This document shows, piece after piece, positions 9,173-18,484 of a DNA stretch of 52,005 nucleotides. Origin of the DNA: Methylophaga sp. (lineage in GTDB: Bacteria; Pseudomonadota; Gammaproteobacteria; Nitrosococcales; Methylophagaceae); NCBI GenBank assembly GCA_033721795.1, contig JAWWAG010000001.1, forward strand, positions 1 to 52,005, in the 5' to 3' direction. Position 1 is the first letter of the stretch; each line of letters starts with the position of its first letter. The notes beneath the pieces were generated by a model, which was not told the origin of the DNA, did no database searches, and worked only from the letters and a program-made list of their open reading frames with translations. The translations under genes were made by a program, and so were the position numbers.

Positions 9173-9874
9173 TTATTTTTGCAAATAGGCTAATTCATTC
9201 AGACCGCTGCCACCATCACTGTAAGCGGTTTGGAAACTGGCCCGCTGCAGCCAGCGTTGCCAAAAATAATCCAGATATTCAAAACGTTCATCCAGTGGTG
9301 TCTGATTTGCCGGAAACTTTGAAAAAGCAATCGCCGTGCACAACGTGATATCAGCATAAGTCGGTGCATCACCACCAAGCAGCCAGTCCCTGCCATCAGC
9401 CAAATGCTGGTTAACCAGTGCAGCATGACCCAGCGCTTCTTTACGGCAATGCTCGCCCCATTGTTGATTGTGGGTCAGTTCTAGTTTCAGTCCAAGGCCC
9501 TGGTGCATCACATGAAACATGGTGACAATCCGGTACAGAATATGGATGTAAACCCGGGCGTCCCACATATCATCTTGGGCCTGTGCCAGCGTGTTGTCGC
9601 CGAGGATCTTGCGGCCATCAAAGTTATTATCCAGATAACGGGCAATGGCCCGGGACTCCGATAAAAAACTTCCATCGCCCAATTCCAAAGTCGGCGTCTC
9701 GCCCCAAGGATTCATTTTCAAATGTTGCCATTTACGCTGATCACCGCCCGGCGCCATATCGTATATAACCTCGTCGATATCAGCAGCGATGCCTTTTTCA
9801 TGGATGAACAATCGCAAACGCTGCGGATTGGGAAAAGCGGATGGTGCGGTAAATAATTTTAATTTCTGACGCAT
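9173..9874 (-). CDS. Glutathione S-transferase family protein
   Basis: NPWGETPTLEL, LSESRAIARYL, PTYADI GST motifs. Confidence 0.88.
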   Translation of the reverse strand: MRQKLKLFTAPSAFPNPQRLRLFIHEKGIAADIDEVIYDMAPGGDQRKWQHLKMNPWGETPTLELGDGSFLSESRAIARYLDNNFDGRKILGDNTLAQAQDDMWDARVYIHILYRIVTMFHVMHQGLGLKLELTHNQQWGEHCRKEALGHAALVNQHLADGRDWLLGGDAPTYADITLCTAIAFSKFPANQTPLDERFEYLDYFWQRWLQRASFQTAYSDGGSGLNELAYLQK

Positions 9875-9889
9875 ACCTTTTCCTTAGAA

Positions 9890-10888
9890 TTAATCCATCC
9901 GATGTTGAAAACTCAAAGCGTAAGCGCCGGGACGGGCCAGTAAAATCGGATCTTCTGACGGGGCAATCCCTTCCGGTAAAGCTAGCGGATTAAACATGGT
10001 GGCTTTTTCGAAAGCAGCTGCTTCCTCATGCATTGCCGTCATACGTAACACCCCCAACTCAACCACCGGCCGATCTTCAGGCCAGGTCACGGTAGCCACA
10101 TTCACAATATCGTCAGGATTGGCGATTTGTAATGATAAGCGCATCACCACCGCAGAACTCTGTAAACGTGATGGTAATTCCTGCATCAAGTAATCCGGTC
10201 CTTGCTGCTTACCTTCAGCTTCAGATAAATGTGGCTCGTCTATTGTTGGGCTGATTATGTAACGGCCATATACAGATTCACCATCGGCGTTGGTAAATTC
10301 AAAAGCGTTAACGCCGTGATAGCTTAGCGAGGCAAAGCTTGCTGGATAAGGTTTCGGATAATTGACAAAAGCTTTGGCTGCCGGGTTATTGCTCAGGAAA
10401 GTTTCAATCGGTTTGGGTGAGGCTTCACTATTGGCAGAATCACGCACTGCGGTCAGCATTTCTAAAAACTTTTCGGGTGTTGCCACCGGAAACATCGGTA
10501 CCGAACTGAGTACCAGATCATGATTCATATCATCTTCTAAATGAAAGCGAAAGGCCATGCCTTTAACCAGTGCTTTGGGATTATTATCGGCAATATCAGG
10601 AAATCCGGTTGAGTTTGAGAACCGAACCGTTATTGGTGTTGAGCCATCCTGTAAATGACTGGCCATACTGACTTGTTTGGCCTCTGTTGCCGGTGTAAAA
10701 CTGCCGGTCACCACAATGCCTTTCGTATGATTTGACCGCAAACCTTCGCGCGGGCCATCAAATAAATCGTGTTGCACTTCGACAATTTGTTCAACCACTG
10801 AGGCTTCGCCAGTTTCGCCGGCAATTGTTAATGTTGAAAAGCCTGCAAACAAAATACTTGTTAATACGGCGGTTAGATTTTTCTTCAT
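9890..10888 (-). CDS. Exported catalase-related haem peroxidase (SrpA-like small catalase domain)
   Basis: Signal peptide; RSNHTKG distal His; VRFS; FNPL; DPILLARPGAY proximal Tyr. Confidence 0.85.
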   Translation of the reverse strand: MKKNLTAVLTSILFAGFSTLTIAGETGEASVVEQIVEVQHDLFDGPREGLRSNHTKGIVVTGSFTPATEAKQVSMASHLQDGSTPITVRFSNSTGFPDIADNNPKALVKGMAFRFHLEDDMNHDLVLSSVPMFPVATPEKFLEMLTAVRDSANSEASPKPIETFLSNNPAAKAFVNYPKPYPASFASLSYHGVNAFEFTNADGESVYGRYIISPTIDEPHLSEAEGKQQGPDYLMQELPSRLQSSAVVMRLSLQIANPDDIVNVATVTWPEDRPVVELGVLRMTAMHEEAAAFEKATMFNPLALPEGIAPSEDPILLARPGAYALSFQHRMD

Positions 10889-11126
10889 GCTGTGGACTCC
10901 CTGTAATGAAATGGCTGTCAGGCCATTATTAGTGTCAAATTCATGGCTGCCCAGAATTTATAATGCTGGCAGTCGTACATGTAGATTAGTAGTTGCAAAT
11001 CACCCGTCAGTTCCACCATAGTCAATTTTAGTGGCGTCGTCATCTTAACCAGCAAAATAACACATTAAAGATAGTGCACAATAAAACTCAGCATCCAGCA
11101 GCATAGGACAGGAAAATTGCGCGTAT

Positions 11127-11182
11127 TTGCAATCATCAAACGAGTTGTCTAGTATACAAGACATAACTAGACGACTGGTCTA
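11127..11182 (+). promoter_or_regulatory. Sigma70 promoter with two NemR-type operator boxes
   Basis: TTGCAA (11127-11132), 17 nt, TAGTAT (11150-11155); inverted repeat TAGAC-N5-GTCTA at 11168-11182 and an 11/15 copy at 11137-11151. Confidence 0.7.
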
Positions 11183-11190
11183 ATATTGAG

Positions 11191-11796
11191 ATGACACGTG
11201 TACAAACCCGAAAATTACTGATTGATGTCGGCACACAGGTGATTGGTGCCCAAGGCTTTAATACGACCGGTTTAAATAATGTATTGCAAACCGCCGGCGT
11301 CCCCAAAGGCTCCTTTTATTATTACTTTGCCAGCAAAGAAGACTTTGGCCTGGCTATCATTGATGAAACCGCTACTGAGTATGCCGAACTGATTGCCGGT
11401 TATTTACAGGATGAACGGTTTACCCCGCTGACGCGCATTCGCAACTACCTGCAGTCAGGTCTAGACCGTATCCGTGAGGGTCAATGCCAGCGTGGCTGTT
11501 TGATTGGTACGTTGGGACAGGAATTATCGACCCAGAATGAAAACTTTCGTGCCCGGCTGGATGCTGTCTTTGAAGGCTGGAAACAGCAATTTGCCGCTTG
11601 TTTACAGGCGGCCCAAATGGCCGGCGAATTACCTGCAGAGGTCGATGTCATGCAATTAGCCGAGTTTCTTCTATCGGGCTGGCAAGGTGCTATCCTGCGA
11701 GCCAAAATGCAGCAAGATGTTGCACCGCTGGAAGCTTTTATCAACCTGATGTTCTTATATGTGCTGACCAACAGACATACCGCGATGACAGCCTAA
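11191..11796 (+). CDS. TetR family regulator, NemR-like
   Basis: HTH AGVPKGSFYYYFASKEDFG; C-terminal CQRGCLIG and WQGAILRAK as in the NemR group. Confidence 0.88.
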   Translation: MTRVQTRKLLIDVGTQVIGAQGFNTTGLNNVLQTAGVPKGSFYYYFASKEDFGLAIIDETATEYAELIAGYLQDERFTPLTRIRNYLQSGLDRIREGQCQRGCLIGTLGQELSTQNENFRARLDAVFEGWKQQFAACLQAAQMAGELPAEVDVMQLAEFLLSGWQGAILRAKMQQDVAPLEAFINLMFLYVLTNRHTAMTA

Positions 11797-11836
11797 ACTA
11801 AATTATTTCCATTTAATATCTGACCAAGGAGGCACA

Positions 11837-12826
11837 ATGACCAGGGTAGTTCGATTCCATCAAACCGGTGGCCCGGAAGTCCTGCAAATCGATGATTTGA
11901 CAGTGGCAGAACCAGGACCAGATGAACTTAAATTGCGCATTGAAGCTATTGGTCTTAACCGGGCTGAAGCCATGTTTCGCAGCGGCCAATATTTAGAGTC
12001 ACCCAAACCACCCTCGCCCATTGGCTACGAAGCTGCCGCTATCGTTGAAGCGGTGGGCAGTGACAGCTGCGCATTCAAAGTCGGCGATAAAGTCAGCGTC
12101 ATACCGGCTTTTTCGATGAATCAATATGGCACTTATGCCGATGTCGCTTTGTTGCCGATCTCTGCCGTCGTGAAGCGCCCCGGCAATCTCAGTGCGGAAC
12201 AGGCTGCCGCGGTCTGGATGCAATATTTAACAGCCTGGGGCGCCCTTATCGATATCGGTCATCTATCGCAAAATCAGGTGTTATTGATCCCGGCGGCTTC
12301 CAGCAGTGTCGGCCTCGCCGCCATTCAGATTGCCAATCAGGTTGGTGCAGTACCGGTAGCCATTACCCGCAGCGCAGAAAAAGCAGAATTGCTTAAACAA
12401 CACGGCGCAGCGCATGTCATTATCACTGAGTCACAATCCATTTCTGAACAAGTGATGGCCATTACAGGCGGTAAGGGCGCGGATATCGTTTTTGATCCGG
12501 TTGCAGGTCCGATGCTTGAAGATTTGGCCAATGCCTGCAGACCGTTTGCACAGATTGTTGTGTATGGCGCACTCAGCACTGAGCCTACTCCCTTCCCTTT
12601 ATTTGCCGCGCTGGGCAAAGGGCTGACTTTCCGCGGTTATACCTTGTTTGAATTTACCCAGGATGCGCCAAGACTTGCGCGAGGAGTCGCCTTTATTGAG
12701 CAAGGTTTGAGCGATGGCAGTTTAAAACCGGTGATAGCCAAAACCTTCAAGCTCGATGATATTGTCGCCGCTCATCAGTATCTCGAATCAAATCAACAGC
12801 TTGGCAAAATAATTGTCACGCCTTAA
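11837..12826 (+). CDS. NADPH:quinone oxidoreductase-like MDR family protein
   Basis: GGPEVL, GLNRAE, GYEAA, AASSSVG nucleotide-binding motif, GKIIV; AAGGAGG RBS. Confidence 0.88.
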   Translation: MTRVVRFHQTGGPEVLQIDDLTVAEPGPDELKLRIEAIGLNRAEAMFRSGQYLESPKPPSPIGYEAAAIVEAVGSDSCAFKVGDKVSVIPAFSMNQYGTYADVALLPISAVVKRPGNLSAEQAAAVWMQYLTAWGALIDIGHLSQNQVLLIPAASSSVGLAAIQIANQVGAVPVAITRSAEKAELLKQHGAAHVIITESQSISEQVMAITGGKGADIVFDPVAGPMLEDLANACRPFAQIVVYGALSTEPTPFPLFAALGKGLTFRGYTLFEFTQDAPRLARGVAFIEQGLSDGSLKPVIAKTFKLDDIVAAHQYLESNQQLGKIIVTP

Positions 12827-12853
12827 ATCTGTTTTATTCAAAAAGGAGTTGTT

Positions 12854-14794
12854 ATGAAGTTAACACCCAAACCATTAGCGGGCTTGCTATTCGCTGCATT
12901 GGGACTGGTCTCGGTCAACGTTATTGCTGATGCCAAAGATGCGCAGGCGAACCTGCACAAGCTGAATGTGCCGGACGGGTTTAATGTCGAAATATATGCC
13001 GAAGTCCCCGATGCCCGGCAAATGGCGCTGGGCCAATCCACCGGTACAGTTTTTGTCGGCACCCGCTATGAAAATGTCTACGCCGTGGTCGACAAGGATA
13101 AAGATCGCAAAGCAGATAAAGTGGTCACAATTCTTAACGATTTAAAAGTCGGTAATGGCGTTGCCATGCATGAAGGTAATCTTTATGTGGCAGAGCAAAA
13201 CCGCATCGCCCGTTATGCCGCACCGGGTTTCGATTTAAACCTGCCGTTTGAAGATATGCGTGAAGTCATCTTTGACGACCTGCCCGATAAAGCCCATCAC
13301 GGCTGGCGTTATATTGATTTTGGGCCTGATGGCAAATTGTATGTGACAGTCGGTGCCCCTTGTAATATATGTGCTGTAGACGGTTATGAAGCCACCATTA
13401 TCCGTATGAATCCGGATGGCTCTGATGCCGAAATTTTTGCAAAGGGTGTCCGTAATTCAGTCGGTATGGATTTTCAGCCTGACACCGGTGTGTTGTATTT
13501 CACCGATAACAACACCGATATGATGGGTGACACAACACCGCCCGGCGAATTAAATGCTGCGCCCAAACAAGGCATGCATTTTGGTTTCCCCTATTATGCC
13601 GGCGGTAAGGCACGTCACGAAGACTGGGCTGATAAAACCCCCCCCCAAGAAGTCACTTTTCCGGTGGCAGAGTTTCAGGCGCATAGTGCCAACCTGGGAT
13701 TTAAATTTTATACCGGCAAACAATTCCCGACCGAATATCAAGGTGATGCCATTATCGCCCAGCATGGTTCTTGGAATCGCACCGATCCGGTGGGCTATTC
13801 ACTCGTCCGGGTGAAGTTTGATGAGGAACATAAGGTCGTCGGTCAGGAGCCATTTATTGATGGCTGGTTGATCGACGGTGAAGCTTGGGGCCGGCCGACC
13901 GATGTCTTACAAATGCCTGATGGCTCAATTCTGGTCTCAGATGACTATAACGGTGTTATTTACCGGGTCAGCTATGGCAAAGAGAATGCCAGTAAAGCAC
14001 CTACGACCAGCAATGTAAGCACCGAAACGGTCACTGACTTAATGATGCCGGAATCAGTCATTGCGCATCCTGATGGCCGCGTGTTTGTCACTGAAATCGG
14101 CGAATTCGGTAAAGATGGTGATGGTAAAGTCACTATCGTGAATACTGACGGCAGCCGTAAAACGTTGGCTCAGGGTCTCGATGATCCCAAAGGCATCGAT
14201 ATGTTTGATAACGATTTATATGTCGCAGATAACGACAAGTTGATCAAAATCACTTTAGATGGCAAAACCAAGGTTATTGCCGGCAGTAATGACTTCCCGG
14301 GTAAAGCCCAATTTCTCAATGATATTGAGATTGATGGCAACGGCAATGTCTTTATCTCCGACAGCGGCGATGACAATGGTAAAAATGCTGGGATTTATAA
14401 AGTCACACCAGACGGTGATATCACAGAAGTGATTAACGAAAAATCCGGTATCAAACGTCCCAATGGCTTGCTCAATGATGGCGTAAACCAAATGCTGGTT
14501 GCTGATTTTGGTACCGGTGATTTATTTACGCTGGATATGGTCAGTGGCAAAATTGTCAAGGTTAACCGGGGCTTTGGTGGCGCCGATGGTCTGGTGCGTG
14601 ATGCCAACGGTTTGCTGTATATCAGTGACTGGAAGAACGGCAAAGTCTGGCAATTGGTTGAACCAAAAGCGACACCGCATTTGCTGCGTGATGATTTTAA
14701 AGCGGCAGCCGATATTGCACTGTCAGCCGATGGCAAGCAATTGCTGGTACCGGATATGAAAGCCGGTACGCTGGAATATTTGCCCGTTCGCTAA
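12854..14794 (+). CDS. Exported fusion: sorbosone/aldose-type PQQ sugar dehydrogenase plus SMP-30/gluconolactonase-like propeller
   Basis: N-terminal HHGW, GPDGKLY, GAPCN, GVRNSVG, HGSWNR, GRPTDV, SDD; low-complexity linker; C-terminal PES, LND, PNGL, ADG motifs. Confidence 0.82.
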   Translation: MKLTPKPLAGLLFAALGLVSVNVIADAKDAQANLHKLNVPDGFNVEIYAEVPDARQMALGQSTGTVFVGTRYENVYAVVDKDKDRKADKVVTILNDLKVGNGVAMHEGNLYVAEQNRIARYAAPGFDLNLPFEDMREVIFDDLPDKAHHGWRYIDFGPDGKLYVTVGAPCNICAVDGYEATIIRMNPDGSDAEIFAKGVRNSVGMDFQPDTGVLYFTDNNTDMMGDTTPPGELNAAPKQGMHFGFPYYAGGKARHEDWADKTPPQEVTFPVAEFQAHSANLGFKFYTGKQFPTEYQGDAIIAQHGSWNRTDPVGYSLVRVKFDEEHKVVGQEPFIDGWLIDGEAWGRPTDVLQMPDGSILVSDDYNGVIYRVSYGKENASKAPTTSNVSTETVTDLMMPESVIAHPDGRVFVTEIGEFGKDGDGKVTIVNTDGSRKTLAQGLDDPKGIDMFDNDLYVADNDKLIKITLDGKTKVIAGSNDFPGKAQFLNDIEIDGNGNVFISDSGDDNGKNAGIYKVTPDGDITEVINEKSGIKRPNGLLNDGVNQMLVADFGTGDLFTLDMVSGKIVKVNRGFGGADGLVRDANGLLYISDWKNGKVWQLVEPKATPHLLRDDFKAAADIALSADGKQLLVPDMKAGTLEYLPVR

Positions 14795-14807
14795 ACTGTT
14801 TTAACTC

Positions 14808-14841
14808 AAAAGCCGGTGTCTTCGGACGCCGGCTTTTTTTT
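14808..14841 (+). terminator. Intrinsic terminator of the tetR-qor-dehydrogenase operon
   Basis: AAAAGCCGGTGTC-TTCG-GACGCCGGCTTTT followed by a T run. Confidence 0.9.
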
Positions 14842-14937
14842 CATCAAAACTTAATGGTTTTTTAAGCCAATTTTAATGTTAGCAACTTAGTCTCTTGATC
14901 CGCTTGATGCCATCGCTGATCAGAGGAGATTAACGCT

Positions 14938-15162
14938 ATGCGAAGTATATTAGAGATGCTGCAGTCAATGGTGCTGCATGCTGTCTGGTTATTACTGACC
15001 ATTTTACTGCTGGCCCAGGAAACTACCATGCACATCGCTGCGCTGATAAGCAGTAAATGGGATGCAGCAACCTCGCTTATCAAGCAAATGTATCGTCGTC
15101 AACAACTTCCCCCAGCCCCAGCTAACCATCCAACCACAAAAATAACAGACATAGATTACTGA
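14938..15162 (+). CDS. Possible small membrane protein (74 aa)
   Basis: GAGGAG RBS before ATG; hydrophobic stretch; overlaps the 3' end of the convergent kinase gene. Confidence 0.3.
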   Translation: MRSILEMLQSMVLHAVWLLLTILLLAQETTMHIAALISSKWDAATSLIKQMYRRQQLPPAPANHPTTKITDIDY

Positions 15163-16843
15163 GCAATAGCAACAGGCTCAGCCCGCGCCAGAAAGCCAGC
15201 GGATGCCTCTCCATTAGCGGTGCCTGCTCTTCCCGCAGATAGGCAGGATTAGGCTTTTTGATGTCAGCTTCAAACTCTGACAACACCTCATACCGACGTT
15301 GCGGATTAAATTGCAAGGCACGACGAATCGCCTTGTCCACCCAATGTGGGATAGTTACCTGAAAATCGGTTAACGCTCGATATTTCAAACGATTTAACTG
15401 TTGGGAGTGACTGACTTTGGCATAGGCCTCGCCATAAGGCAGCCGGCCCGTGAGCAGCTGATAAATCAACACACCCAGCGAAAACTGATCTGACAGGGGA
15501 CTGCCTGACTCACCAAGCAGATATTCCGGCGCAGTATAATATTTGGTCCCCAGCAAAGTCTTGCGCTCGACCGGCGTGGCGATATCAGCAATACCGGCAA
15601 TTTTTGTCGAACCAAAATCAATAATTTTTAATACGCCGTCATCGGTCAGCAAAATATTGCCCGGTTTAATGTCCTGATGCAGCATATCGAGTCGGTGAAA
15701 CGCACGCAGTCCGGCAATCAACTGTGGCAGCAATTGTCTGACCTTTTGCAAACTGAGTGTTCCCTCATCATCAAGCCATTGCTCTAGAGTCCGGCCTTCG
15801 ACATATTCCAGAACATAATAGAGAAATCGTCGTGGCCGCAACTGTTCTATCACACTGACCACATGCGGATGATCTATTCGCCGGCCAATCCATTCTTCCA
15901 GCTGGAAACGTTCCAGATACGCCGGATCATCCTCAAAATTGACTGAAGGGGTCTTCAGAACCACTTTCTGACCACTGTCCGTGTCAACAGCCAGATATAA
16001 CTGACTGGTGGAGCTGGCATGTAATTCTTTGATCACCCGATAGCCGTCGAGGATCACGCCCTCATAGAGTTCAGGTGGAAACGGCAAAGCCGTCAGCCGG
16101 GCATAGACTTCATCAGCCGCCGGCACAGGCACACGGGTGATTTGCAGAACCTGACAACTCAGATTATCAGTACTGCCCTGATCAAGCGCTTTCTGGCATA
16201 TTACAGCGGCACAGGTCTCCAGATCTGAGTGTGCTGTTAGCAACTGTTTCAGCTGGCTGTCACTGAGCCATTCATAAACCCCATCGGTCACTAAAACAAA
16301 ACAATCACCAGCTTCAATGGGCAGCGATTTATAGTCAATATCCAGTGCATAATCAACCCCCAGTGCACGTCCCAGATAGGTTTTATCATCGCTGAGGTGA
16401 ATCCGGTGATCCGTGCTCAGTTGCTCCAGACTCTGACCGCGCAGTAAATAAATACGGGCATCACCGACATGAAACAAATGTGCTGTGGTAGATTTCAACA
16501 CCACGGCAGAAAAGGTCGTGGCAAAACCGCGGTTACTATCCCGAAAATGCTGCCCCTGGCCGCAGAGCCAGACATTAATCGCCGTCAGCACCTTGCCGCC
16601 AGATTGCTTGACTGACCAGCTGTCAGGCGTGCTGAAATAATCTTCAATAAAGCCGGTAATCGCCGCATGACTGGCTTCGCGTGCCTGCTCACTGCTGCTG
16701 ATACCATCGGCCAATGCGCAGACGATACCTTTAGTTTCCAGCATCATCGGGTTGTCAGGCACGGAACAGCCCAGTGCATCCTGATTTTCGGCCTTGACAC
16801 CGGCCAGCGACTGCTGGCCATAGCGTATCTGTAATGTAGACAA
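15122..16843 (-). CDS. Bifunctional PP2C phosphatase / Ser-Thr protein kinase
   Basis: NQDA, LADGIS, HVGDARIY, TDGV, DNLS (PP2C); VVLK, HQDIKPGN, DFG, APE (kinase); C-terminal TM. Confidence 0.9.
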   Translation of the reverse strand: MSTLQIRYGQQSLAGVKAENQDALGCSVPDNPMMLETKGIVCALADGISSSEQAREASHAAITGFIEDYFSTPDSWSVKQSGGKVLTAINVWLCGQGQHFRDSNRGFATTFSAVVLKSTTAHLFHVGDARIYLLRGQSLEQLSTDHRIHLSDDKTYLGRALGVDYALDIDYKSLPIEAGDCFVLVTDGVYEWLSDSQLKQLLTAHSDLETCAAVICQKALDQGSTDNLSCQVLQITRVPVPAADEVYARLTALPFPPELYEGVILDGYRVIKELHASSTSQLYLAVDTDSGQKVVLKTPSVNFEDDPAYLERFQLEEWIGRRIDHPHVVSVIEQLRPRRFLYYVLEYVEGRTLEQWLDDEGTLSLQKVRQLLPQLIAGLRAFHRLDMLHQDIKPGNILLTDDGVLKIIDFGSTKIAGIADIATPVERKTLLGTKYYTAPEYLLGESGSPLSDQFSLGVLIYQLLTGRLPYGEAYAKVSHSQQLNRLKYRALTDFQVTIPHWVDKAIRRALQFNPQRRYEVLSEFEADIKKPNPAYLREEQAPLMERHPLAFWRGLSLLLLLSNLCLLFLWLDG

Positions 16844-16853
16844 AGCTTATGCC

Positions 16854-18320
16854 TTAATGGACATCGATCATCTGTACTGTACCATCCGGTAGCACTTCGG
16901 CCATCTGTCCACGCGGCTCATCCATAAACTGCACGATAATTAAGGTGACTACTGCCGTCGCTGCAATGACCCAGAAAAACAATTGCGCTGATACTACTGA
17001 CAACACGGTTAAAAACAATAAGGCACCGACATTGCCATAAGCACCGGCCATGCCCGCAATTTGTCCGGTCAGGCGACGCTGGACCAATGGCACAACGGCA
17101 AACACTGCTCCTTCACCGGCTTGTACGAAGAACGAGCAACACATCGTTGCTAACACGGCTAAGACGATAAACCATTCCGGGGTTATCAAGCCCATAACAA
17201 AATAGCCAACCGCAAGACCCGCCAGACAAATGGTCAGTGTCAATTTACGGCCCAGCTTATCGCTGAAATAACCACCGGTCGGACGCGACACCAGATTCAT
17301 AAAGGCAAACCCTGATGCCAGCAACCCCGCCTGTACCACCGTGATATTGAATGTTTCACTGAAAAATAATGGCAACATCGATACGACGGCAAGCTCAGAA
17401 CCAAAGGTGGCCAGATATGCCATATTCAATACCGCCACCTGTTTGAATTTATAGCGATGAATTTCCGGCACCGGTTGTTTGAAAATGCCTTTATTGATCT
17501 GCCAGATGTGATACAGCTGATAGGCAAATAACAGCGCTAATACACCATAAATCATCTGCACTGCTGTCGCTGACAATAAGCTGACGCCTGCCGGTGACAA
17601 TTTCCACGCCAATAACGCCAATGCCCCGTAAAGCGGCACGCTCATCAGTATATACAGGAAAAAATCGCCCTTACTGGTGACTTCCATGGCACCGGATTTT
17701 TTCGGTTTGAAATAGGTTGAACCTTTGGGCGTGTCTGAGACACTGTTGTAGTAAATAAAGGCATACACGAGTGCCATCACACCTGTCGTGGCAATGGCAA
17801 AACGCCAACCATTTTCACCACCGAATATTAAAGCCAGCGTCGGTAATGACATTGCCGCTGCCGCTGAACCAAAATTACCCCAGCCACCATAAATGCCTTC
17901 AGCGAGACCCACTTGTTTGGCTGGAAACCATTCGGAAATCATCCGGATGCCGATGACAAACCCCGCACCAACAAAACCGAGCAGAAATCGCGCCAGCGCC
18001 ATTTGTTCAAAACTATCGGCAATGGCAAAAAAGAAACACAACATGCTGGAAAAACCCAACAGCATGGTATAAATGATTTTTGGGCCATATTTATCAACCA
18101 GCATCCCCACGACAATTCGCGCGGGAATAGTCAGCGCCACATTCAAAATCAACAGGGTTTTTATTTGCTGATCGGTCAGACCTAAGGCCTCACGTATGGA
18201 TACCAACAAAGGCGCATGGTTAAACCAAACAACAAAACTGATAAAAAAGGCGATCCAGGTCAGATGCAAAATACGGCTGTTGCCGCTAAAAGATAGCAAG
18301 TTTATTTTTGAAGCAGACAT
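16854..18320 (-). CDS. narK: NarK/NRT2 family nitrate/nitrite MFS transporter
   Basis: About 12 TM; nitrate signature GGWGNFG; conserved Arg in PARI and SRPTGG; GAYGNVG. Confidence 0.88.
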   Translation of the reverse strand: MSASKINLLSFSGNSRILHLTWIAFFISFVVWFNHAPLLVSIREALGLTDQQIKTLLILNVALTIPARIVVGMLVDKYGPKIIYTMLLGFSSMLCFFFAIADSFEQMALARFLLGFVGAGFVIGIRMISEWFPAKQVGLAEGIYGGWGNFGSAAAAMSLPTLALIFGGENGWRFAIATTGVMALVYAFIYYNSVSDTPKGSTYFKPKKSGAMEVTSKGDFFLYILMSVPLYGALALLAWKLSPAGVSLLSATAVQMIYGVLALLFAYQLYHIWQINKGIFKQPVPEIHRYKFKQVAVLNMAYLATFGSELAVVSMLPLFFSETFNITVVQAGLLASGFAFMNLVSRPTGGYFSDKLGRKLTLTICLAGLAVGYFVMGLITPEWFIVLAVLATMCCSFFVQAGEGAVFAVVPLVQRRLTGQIAGMAGAYGNVGALLFLTVLSVVSAQLFFWVIAATAVVTLIIVQFMDEPRGQMAEVLPDGTVQMIDVH

Positions 18321-18365
18321 CGCTCTCTCTTTAGAACAGGTTTACCAACATCGTTAGCCTGTCAA

Positions 18366-18479
18366 AGCCGGAATCATGCCAACCTTTAAGCTATTGATAC
18401 TAATAAAAATTTAAATTTAAATCGGTATCTTATGCACCTGTTTAAAGCAGTTTAATATTTCTCGCACCATGATGATGCA
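18366..18479 (-). promoter_or_regulatory. Sigma54 promoter with IHF and NtrC sites (narK-kinase operon)
   Basis: Minus strand TTGGCATGATTCCGGCT (18366-18382, GG-N10-GC); IHF TATCAA-N4-TTA (18387-18399); NtrC-like sites at 18433-18449 and 18463-18479. Confidence 0.8.
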
Positions 18480-18484
18480 GTGTT

